Source: Barthelona sp. PAP020 (taxonomy: Eukaryota). From it: DNA of 35,116 nucleotides. The notes under the pieces were generated by a model. That model saw nothing but the letters and a program-made list of their open reading frames with translations, was not told the DNA's origin and did not search any database. The stretch spans positions 1-35,116 of the forward strand of contig JARQWU010000091.1 of NCBI GenBank assembly GCA_040182905.1, in the 5' to 3' direction. Shown here piece after piece: positions 28,073 through 35,116 of this stretch. Every line of letters starts with the position of its first letter. Position 1 is the first letter of the stretch. The position numbers and the translations under genes were made by a program.

Positions 28073-28675
28073 TCAACAAGAACAAGATTCTTCTTCAGGA
28101 TTATCACTAGGGAAATCATTAACAAGCACATCTGGGGATGCTTTGGGGGCATTGTGAGCAAAATCTTTACCTAAACTCTCAAAAGGTTCGGCTACACCAA
28201 TACTTTCCTTTGCACTTGTTTCAAAATAACATAGTGAAGCCGTAGGATTGACTTGTTTAGCAAACGATTCAGCTTCTTCCTTAGAAACGCATCTTTCCAT
28301 CCCCTCATTTAATAAATCTATTTTTGTCGCACAAACATACATCACACATTCAGGTTCTACCCTTTTTAACTGTTGTACAAAAAAATTTAATCCTTTAAAA
28401 CTTTCAAGGTCAGTCACATCATAACAAATGAGAGCTGCTTGACTACCTCGGAAATATATAGGACGTGCAGCATCAAACTTTTCTGATCCAGCAGTATCCC
28501 ATATTTTTAAGCTAACTGGTTGAGGATGATCAGGAACATCAATATCTTTTGACAAAAAACCTGCACCTAAAGTAATTTGAGTGTTACCAAACACATTTCT
28601 CACAAATCTTCTTGCAAGACATGTCTTTCCTACACCTGATCGCCCTAACAAACATACTTTAACACTTTGTGACAT
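28073..28675 (-). CDS. RAB24: Rab GTPase, Rab24 subfamily
   Basis: GRSGVGKT; WDTAGSE (Ser for the catalytic Gln) and TKID (for NKxD) are Rab24 hallmarks; IYFRG..AALICYD; ends CSC*. Confidence 0.85.
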   Translation of the reverse strand: MSQSVKVCLLGRSGVGKTCLARRFVRNVFGNTQITLGAGFLSKDIDVPDHPQPVSLKIWDTAGSEKFDAARPIYFRGSQAALICYDVTDLESFKGLNFFVQQLKRVEPECVMYVCATKIDLLNEGMERCVSKEEAESFAKQVNPTASLCYFETSAKESIGVAEPFESLGKDFAHNAPKASPDVLVNDFPSDNPEEESCSC

Positions 28676-28817
28676 TAAAGAAAAAGAAAAATTGAATTGA
28701 AAAGATTATTGAAATTTGTGACATAATCATTAAATATTCTATTTATTCATCTATAAACATAAAAATACTATATTAAAGAAAAAAAAAACAAATAAATTTA
28801 CTCACAAAAAAAAAATC

Positions 28818-30197
28818 TTATAAAGTGACAACTTTCGTTCTTTGTTTCATCATTTCATCAATTTTCTTCCTTGCTTCCTTTATTTCTTCGGCTCTTTCAA
28901 ACAACCACCCAACTTGGTCAGAATGTTTTAAATATTCTAAACAAATTCCATTAGCTACCTCTAAACGACCCATTTCAGGTAATATCACTTCTTCTCTGAA
29001 ATCATCTGCCTTATTTCTGCAATCAGAAAAATGAACATCTTGATGTAATCTGCCATTTGCTCTATTTTTCATATATTTTTCAAAATAAACAAAATCAAGA
29101 CATAAAAATTCACCAGGAGCTCTGTCAATTCGAACCCTTTGATCCATATATGCCAAATCAATCATTTCTAAAGGAGCAAGGCCTCTGTAAATTAATACTG
29201 CCAAATGAATCATTTTTCTAATCTGATGTAACATAAAAGATTGACCAAGGATTGTGATGGGAACAAAACCAACCAATTGGTCTTTATAAGGAACATATAA
29301 AGGTTCTTCTGCCACTAATGAATACATGTGACGGTATGCAGTTGCCTCACCAAAATTAATACCGGAAGTGAAATTCCAAAAATTGTGTCTTCCAACGTAT
29401 TTTTGTAAAATTTTGTTAAATCTCTCTAAATTTTCATCATTAACTTCATAATCACGAATATTAGCATACAACTGATGTAAATCAGTAAATATATCAACTT
29501 TTTTATTTAAAACTACATCTGGCGTTGGAGAAAACACACCTGCCGGCAAATAATATTTATATCTTCTCATTTCACATGCTCTGCGTGCATTGAACCCTTT
29601 CGTTACCCTGGCAGATCCAAAAACACGAATTTGTTCAGGTAGGAGTTTGTTTACTTCAGAAATCCAATCATCATTTCTCATAAATGCATTGAAGCCACAA
29701 ACAAAACCACAAGCGTGAACTCCCTTATCAACTCTGCTTACTCTCGTAAAACGATCATTACTTCCAGCTTTTGGAAACATTCCAACAGTTTTGAACGCCT
29801 TTATTAATTCTCCTTCAATGGTAGGACGATCATGTTGAAGCATGGAACCATAATAATTAGTCCCATAAAAACCAATCAAAAATGCTTGAGAATGGCTATG
29901 TTTTGCAAATTGAACATTACCAGGAACAATTTCTCCATTTGGAGCTTCAGTAATATTTTCATCCTTGGACATTTTTGATGACTCTAATAATTGTGGAATA
30001 GAAGGAGGTGTTTTCACTTCAAGGGCATCTTCTTCTTCAAGTACTGGAGCTGATTTGAAATTAGGAGCCTTACTTTTTTGAAGTTTTTTGATTGAAGGTG
30101 TTGCGGGATCTTCTGTATTCAATAAAATTTGCTCATCTGTAGTTCTAGTTCGATTGGTAACAAACGATAAAGATAATTTGGAAAAAATAGCACCCAT
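28818..30197 (-). CDS. PUS1: tRNA pseudouridine synthase, TruA/Pus1 family
   Basis: GFYGTNYYG, TIEGEL, SRVDKGVHA (catalytic Asp kept), FNARRAC..RRYKY, GRHNFWNFT and GQSFMLHQIRKM. The start is uncertain (30236, 30197 or later). Confidence 0.9.
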   Translation of the reverse strand: MGAIFSKLSLSFVTNRTRTTDEQILLNTEDPATPSIKKLQKSKAPNFKSAPVLEEEDALEVKTPPSIPQLLESSKMSKDENITEAPNGEIVPGNVQFAKHSHSQAFLIGFYGTNYYGSMLQHDRPTIEGELIKAFKTVGMFPKAGSNDRFTRVSRVDKGVHACGFVCGFNAFMRNDDWISEVNKLLPEQIRVFGSARVTKGFNARRACEMRRYKYYLPAGVFSPTPDVVLNKKVDIFTDLHQLYANIRDYEVNDENLERFNKILQKYVGRHNFWNFTSGINFGEATAYRHMYSLVAEEPLYVPYKDQLVGFVPITILGQSFMLHQIRKMIHLAVLIYRGLAPLEMIDLAYMDQRVRIDRAPGEFLCLDFVYFEKYMKNRANGRLHQDVHFSDCRNKADDFREEVILPEMGRLEVANGICLEYLKHSDQVGWLFERAEEIKEARKKIDEMMKQRTKVVTL

Positions 30198-30250
30198 AAA
30201 AAGAAATAAAAAAGTGGTGTAATTTTTCTTTTTCATATATATTTTCCATA

Positions 30251-30535
30251 ATGTCTTTGTTCCATTCGCTATTTCAAACTTTATATGGTGAAGAAATCAC
30301 AGTTGAATTAAACAATAACTTACTTGTTCGAGGAATTTTAAAAAGCTGTGATACCTATCATAGCTTGCGATTAAAAGACATCCAAGTTTTAAATTTGGAA
30401 AACTTTCCCCAAATGATTGGTTTAACTGAAATATTTTTCAGAAGTAGCAGTATTAGGCATATTGATTTGCCTCTTGATAAAATTGAATTTGATGCCTTAG
30501 AAGACGCTTCCAGAAGAAATTTATCAAATCAATAA
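30251..30535 (+). CDS. LSM2: Sm-like protein Lsm2
   Basis: LFHSLFQTL.G..ITVEL.N.L...G.L.S.D.Y, FPQM and the C-terminal helix LEDASRR are collinear with Lsm2. Confidence 0.88.
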   Translation: MSLFHSLFQTLYGEEITVELNNNLLVRGILKSCDTYHSLRLKDIQVLNLENFPQMIGLTEIFFRSSSIRHIDLPLDKIEFDALEDASRRNLSNQ

Positions 30536-30819
30536 TCATTCAATCTGTTCAAACACATCAAATAAAACAATTTATACTTTTTTATTGTTTTTCTCGTCAG
30601 GGAATTTTGCGATTCAATACTTTTTGTAATTCCTTTTGCAAAAAACATCTGAACGAAATCATGCGAGAAAACTCTTTTACTGAAGAATAACTTTTCTAAA
30701 ATTCCAATTAATGTTCAAAAATATTTTCCAAAAGAGAAAAAAGCTCCACTGAACAAATAATAATCTGGTTGAATAGAAAAAGAAACCTATGTAATGAATT
30801 TTTACCTGAATGATTTCTG

Positions 30820-33444
30820 TCAATATCTGAAATCATATTTTGCCAATAAATTATTTTCAATCACTTCAGATTGGCCATGAGAAGTTTCACAAATTGCTTT
30901 ATCTTCAAAAGTCTGAATTATCTTAACTTTGATATCCTTCTGATTACCTTCCAAAACATAAGCCCAATCACCGACTTGTGGTTTCGCTGGTTTCACCCAT
31001 TCTGTTGTTGTATCAATAACAGTGTTTGGATCATACAAATCTTGTATCTTCAAATGAGGATAGCTTGTTTCAATTATTTTATATTCTCTGTTTTGGTAAA
31101 CCACAATAACATGCTCAAATGCCCAATGAGAAGGTGGTAACTGTGCTTGTTTTGGTTCTTCAAAATTGGTCATAAATGGACTGAAATCATCCATGTTATC
31201 CTCAAAGGCTGTTTCTCCAAAACCATCATTTGCTGCTGAAAATCCAAAACCACTGGAAGAACCCATACCAAAACCATTTCCGGAATCAAAAGAAACGGCT
31301 TGGGGTTGTTGTGGCTGAGAATATATTGTTTGTGAAGGATTACTCATAACAGTTGCATTGCTACTGCTGTAATCAATATTTGAAGGATCAAATATTTGAT
31401 CTTTCGCATACCTCTTGCGTTTACCATCTATTTCAAGAGTAATAGATAAATTTCCATCTGCATGCTCTTCATCAACGCGACCTGTCAACCCATTATCTGT
31501 GGGATGTTTGGTAATTCTCACTCTTTTACCTACCAAATCAGAACGAACAGTAGAACGTCCCTTATGTCTCATCAATCGTTTCATATCACGATCAACATGT
31601 CTTCCAGGCATACTAGAACTATATTCGTGTTCACTATCAATGGCTATTAAGGTGTTACAAAGTTTAACAACCCAACCATTGTTGTGATCAAGTCCATCGA
31701 TGTAAATGAATACAAAAGAGTGAGAAATATGACGTACAGTTCCTTGATAATTTTGATGCAAACCAGATATAATTTTAACATGAGCATTCAAACCAAAAGC
31801 TTTATTATTGTAATCCATTGCAGAAGCACGACGGTTTGGTCTAACTTTACGAACTGCAGAAGCACTTACCATAACAACATTATTGTCTTGTCGTAAAACT
31901 GTCAATTTATTTCCAATTTCTAATTTTAAAATCAAACCTACTGTACTTGCATCCAATTCAACAATATCATTAGTATTGAAACCTTCAACAACTACTTTAT
32001 CGAGTTCTAAATGTGTTTGCAATGTCGCAAATCGAATCAAAGTTTCCACATGTTCTTGATGTGCACTTGTAAGAACTTCCAAAATACCTTCCTTTGATCT
32101 AACATTAACAACAACACCAGTTTGATTCTGATATTTTCCTGCAATAATTAAAATGCGATCATCAATTTCAAAACGCTTTTGTAAATCACTGGTATTAACT
32201 TTTAAAGCTTCATCAAAATCAAGATTGGTCAATTTAATAGTAGCTTGATCAAGTTCATTTAACTCAACAATTTTTCCAACCAAAACAACAGATCCTCCAC
32301 TAAATTCACCTTTAACAATCTCAACACGATCACCAACATGATAAGAGACTTTTTGATTCAGCAACGTTTTATATAATTCAATTTCATCACTCTTATCTCG
32401 TTTAAACATTTCAATCTCATCATATTGAGGATTGACATTGTCTACCTTTAATGAACTAGGGTCAACAAGACGGAACAAAAACCCATTCCTGAACTTCATC
32501 CCCCTGAAGACTTCATACTGATATGAATCCCAAGAATTAACTTCTTCACGAACAAGCGATCCTAAGCCACGTTGTCTTAACTCATCACTAGAAAATGGCC
32601 TTTGTGGTGGACGAATTCGAGTAGATGTACGAGTTCTTTTCTTTTCAAGAGCATATGCATCATAATCCAATCGAGGAATCAGCTGAATGACTGTTTTTCC
32701 TTGTGAATCATCAGGAATAATAATACGTGCTAAATCATCTTTATATAAACCTCTTTTGATTCTAACATAATCACCAAGCTTTAATTTCTTACGCTTAGTG
32801 ATACTTAATGCAGATATACGTTTATCAAGATCCACAATTTGAGGACGTCCAATAACATTTTCATTACTTGCCAATTGCTTGTGAATTTTCAATCGATCTT
32901 CACCTTCAACAAAAACACTTCCTTTAATACCGTTATGAGTGAAAGCAGAATATATGGGAAACTTTTGAGCTTTATGCATTGATTTCATTTTCATAAACAA
33001 AATGTCAATACAAACTTTTTGTTCTTTTCCAACTCTTACATTTAATTTATACATTCTTGGGTCAGTTCTTGAAGGCTGAACTTCAGGAAAATCAGCAATA
33101 GAAGGTACAGAATCTTTTTTCTTGGATTTTTTTTTTGAATCAACATTAATTTCCTGATAATATCTATCAGGAATATGTTCCATATCAATTTCTCCAAGCC
33201 TTTTTAATTTTTCCCTTCGTCTATCTTGTTCAGCCATCGTTTTCAATTGTTCTTCAGTGAACTCTTCATCAGCAAAATCTTCATCATCATCATCAGAATC
33301 ATCTTCATCATCATCTTCAGCTGCATCATCGAAGAAACTGGCCAATTTTGGATTTCTTTTTGCAATATCTTCATAATCATTATATGCTTCTTCTTCTTGA
33401 TCTTCTTCTTCTTCTTCTACGTCAAAAAAAACAGAATTATTCAT
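30820..33444 (-). CDS. SPT5: transcription elongation factor Spt5
   Basis: Acidic N-terminus (FFDDAAEDD), NGN domain (PSRTDPRMY..GKE..IKGSVFVE), KOW1 (YVRIKRGLYKDDLA..LIPRLD..RPPQRPF) and further KOW domains. First ATG is 33444. Confidence 0.95.
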   Translation of the reverse strand: MNNSVFFDVEEEEEDQEEEAYNDYEDIAKRNPKLASFFDDAAEDDDEDDSDDDDEDFADEEFTEEQLKTMAEQDRRREKLKRLGEIDMEHIPDRYYQEINVDSKKKSKKKDSVPSIADFPEVQPSRTDPRMYKLNVRVGKEQKVCIDILFMKMKSMHKAQKFPIYSAFTHNGIKGSVFVEGEDRLKIHKQLASNENVIGRPQIVDLDKRISALSITKRKKLKLGDYVRIKRGLYKDDLARIIIPDDSQGKTVIQLIPRLDYDAYALEKKRTRTSTRIRPPQRPFSSDELRQRGLGSLVREEVNSWDSYQYEVFRGMKFRNGFLFRLVDPSSLKVDNVNPQYDEIEMFKRDKSDEIELYKTLLNQKVSYHVGDRVEIVKGEFSGGSVVLVGKIVELNELDQATIKLTNLDFDEALKVNTSDLQKRFEIDDRILIIAGKYQNQTGVVVNVRSKEGILEVLTSAHQEHVETLIRFATLQTHLELDKVVVEGFNTNDIVELDASTVGLILKLEIGNKLTVLRQDNNVVMVSASAVRKVRPNRRASAMDYNNKAFGLNAHVKIISGLHQNYQGTVRHISHSFVFIYIDGLDHNNGWVVKLCNTLIAIDSEHEYSSSMPGRHVDRDMKRLMRHKGRSTVRSDLVGKRVRITKHPTDNGLTGRVDEEHADGNLSITLEIDGKRKRYAKDQIFDPSNIDYSSSNATVMSNPSQTIYSQPQQPQAVSFDSGNGFGMGSSSGFGFSAANDGFGETAFEDNMDDFSPFMTNFEEPKQAQLPPSHWAFEHVIVVYQNREYKIIETSYPHLKIQDLYDPNTVIDTTTEWVKPAKPQVGDWAYVLEGNQKDIKVKIIQTFEDKAICETSHGQSEVIENNLLAKYDFRY

Positions 33445-33597
33445 TTGCAAAATGCCAAAGAGAATAAATGAAAATATGAGGATATTTTTTGTTTGCAATT
33501 TTTATACAATTTAACTTGATTTGAACCATATCTTCCGTTTTATATGGATAATTTATATTCATAAAAAAAAACTAAATACTTATTCCCTTTTTTTATT

Positions 33598-34608
33598 ATG
33601 GGTCTCTTTGATAAGAAAGATCAAAAAAAAGTTGAAGACAAATCGAAAGAATCATCAGATTCGATAACAAATAGTCAGCTTAATTATAGTTCAAATACAC
33701 CCTTTAAAGATTTGGAAGATTCTCATCAAAAAATAATAAGAGAGTTGGAAAAAACGATAAATGAGAATAGGTTTAACATCGAAGCAGTTAGAAAAATGAA
33801 GTTTGAAGAATTGAATCTTTTGCCAAATAAAATTAACGAAGTTGAACGTTCTTTAAACAGTTTAATTTTACAAATGGACCAATATGGTGTTAATATGATT
33901 GAATTACATGACAAAATGGAATTTTTAGAAGAAACCATAACAGAAAAAAGCAAGTTTTTCAAAGATCCTGCTCAAAGACCAAAAAAATCTTCCTCTTTGG
34001 GAGGTCTTGGAGGTAAAAAAACTGCTTCTACCACTGAAATTTCAATCGCTTCAGCTCCAAAACCCATTAAATATTTTAAAACTTTAAAAGAAAAATTGAT
34101 AAGCAAATGTGAGTCATTGTCTTCAAACATGTCAAGTTTAGAAGAAAAAATGAATGATGATGACATTATTATCGAAGATGTACCGTTAACATTTACTAAT
34201 ATTTTGAGACAACAACACAAAACTTTGGAAAATATAGCAACAAAAATGTCAAATGACAGGGAACGGTTTAGAGAATTCAAAGATGCGTATATTGAAGAAA
34301 AAAGTAGATTTTTGAATAAACCTGATAATGTTGACTTTATAAATGATGAAGAAATGTTTCTACTGGAAATATTGGGTGAAAAAAAGAAAGAAGAAGAAAA
34401 GAAAAAGACAAGTTTACTTGGAAATAAAGGAAAAACAACAAGCTTACTTGGCAATAAAGAAAAAAAAACCACCCTATCAATTGGTAGTAAAAGCAGTTCA
34501 ACTCTTAGTCTCGGTGGAAATAAAACCAAAACTGATAGTAATGAATCAGCTAAAGATGATAAAAGTGAAAAGAAACCTTTGAAATTTAGTTTGAAAAAGA
34601 AGGAGTAA
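33598..34608 (+). CDS. Nup58/Nup49-like central-channel nucleoporin (coiled-coil core)
   Basis: TPFKDLEDSHQKIIRELEKTI, PIKYFKTL...MSSLEEKM and ILRQQHKTLENIATKM...FKDAYIEEK..F...DF follow the Nup58 helical pattern (P..YF..LV......IEELE; Q....F..LA..L.......LKE.YL). Confidence 0.65.
   Translation: MGLFDKKDQKKVEDKSKESSDSITNSQLNYSSNTPFKDLEDSHQKIIRELEKTINENRFNIEAVRKMKFEELNLLPNKINEVERSLNSLILQMDQYGVNMIELHDKMEFLEETITEKSKFFKDPAQRPKKSSSLGGLGGKKTASTTEISIASAPKPIKYFKTLKEKLISKCESLSSNMSSLEEKMNDDDIIIEDVPLTFTNILRQQHKTLENIATKMSNDRERFREFKDAYIEEKSRFLNKPDNVDFINDEEMFLLEILGEKKKEEEKKKTSLLGNKGKTTSLLGNKEKKTTLSIGSKSSSTLSLGGNKTKTDSNESAKDDKSEKKPLKFSLKKKE
34408..34459 (+). repeat. 30-bp-period tandem duplication encoding TSLLGNK twice
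   Basis: acaagtttacttggaaataaag (34408-34429) versus acaagcttacttggcaataaag (34438-34459): 20/22 identical, and both differences are synonymous. Confidence 0.9.
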
Positions 34609-34691
34609 TGAAATGAAAAAAATTTTTTTTCTCAATCTCTGTTGTATTTTCTCGTTTTTTCCCTCAAAATTTATGTGCAAATATTTTGACA

Positions 34692-34710
34692 ATGTACGAA
34701 TATCGTACAT
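34692..34710. repeat. perfect 8-bp inverted repeat (hairpin)
   Basis: ATGTACGA-ATA-TCGTACAT. Confidence 0.8.
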
Positions 34711-34972
34711 CTGACCATGAAACAAATGCTTTTTATTTATAAATATCTGGAGATCATTTATTTTTTATATTTCTGTAGATATACTAATATCAGTGAATTT
34801 AAAGATAACTTTTGTACTTTTTGGCTTCCGGATCACCAAAAAAGAATAGATAGAAAAAAAAAACAATAGTTACAAGATTCATAAAGAAGACATGTAAATG
34901 CTGACAATTAATGAAAACAAAAGATTTGAAAAAGAATACAAAAAATTGATTTTGACTTTTTTTCCTTTTAAA

Positions 34973-35116
34973 ATGTCAGGAAGAAGAAAAAATATATTGT
35001 ATGAGGATTTAAAACATACGGAAAACACCGTTGTTATGCATTATTTAAAGCAAAAAAGAGAATCTGAGGAACGCGAAAAAATGAGAAGACATATTATTGA
35101 AAATAATGAAGAACTC
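34973..35116 (+). CDS. 5' end of a coiled-coil protein, probably MNS1/TPH-domain axonemal microtubule inner protein (truncated)
   Basis: ATG follows a T-tract and the frame is open to the window end. EKMRRHIIENNEEL resembles MNS1 EKMRQQVRENSIEL; only 48 codons are visible. Confidence 0.55.
   Translation, partial: MSGRRKNILYEDLKHTENTVVMHYLKQKRESEEREKMRRHIIENNEEL

Noticed and set aside
30672..30682. CTCTTTTACTG resembling U5 loop 1
   Set aside because: It mismatches GCCTTTTAC and has no closing stem.
33972..34529. 185-aa antisense ORF and the other 60-100 aa overlapping ORFs in the track
   Set aside because: They are shadows of real genes on the opposite strand or in alternate frames, with low-complexity translations and often non-ATG starts.
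34817..34835. CTTTTTGGCTTCCGGATCA resembling the U2 snRNA 5' region
   Set aside because: The essential GTGTAGTA branch-pairing sequence does not follow.
1..35116. Functional clustering of nuclear and RNA-processing genes; prokaryotic, viral or mobile elements
   Set aside because: The genes are mixed housekeeping functions on both strands. No transposase, reverse transcriptase, terminal repeats, CRISPR array, tRNA or rRNA was recognised.

Overview
This is a gene-dense, AT-rich eukaryotic nuclear segment from an intron-poor protist that is probably flagellated; the lineage cannot be fixed from this window. It uses the standard code, with TAA, TAG and TGA all ending recognisable genes. There are about 20 protein genes with short spacers. 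Recognisable ones are HIRA, GNA1, gamma-tubulin, a Tubby-domain protein, a compact RING+BRCT (BRCA1/BARD1-like) protein, Rpt6 (with a 44-nt intron and an exon the ORF track missed), Grc3/NOL9, Rab24, Pus1/TruA, Lsm2, Spt5, a Nup58-like protein and the 5' end of an MNS1-like gene; several others are orphans. No mobile element, rRNA, tRNA or CRISPR array was found. Most notable: (1) a 1.6-kb gap with an AT/TpA-rich core between mirror-image, strongly TpA-depleted flanks (centromere or origin candidate); (2) a Nup58-like protein with no FG dipeptide but Lys-spaced LG/IG repeats; (3) a DEK1-like multi-membrane calpain that appears catalytically dead; (4) a modular Zn-knuckle/degenerate P-loop/RING/Ig-PH protein; (5) Spt5 without Thr-Pro C-terminal repeats. 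All homology calls come from motifs recognised by eye, not from database searches.
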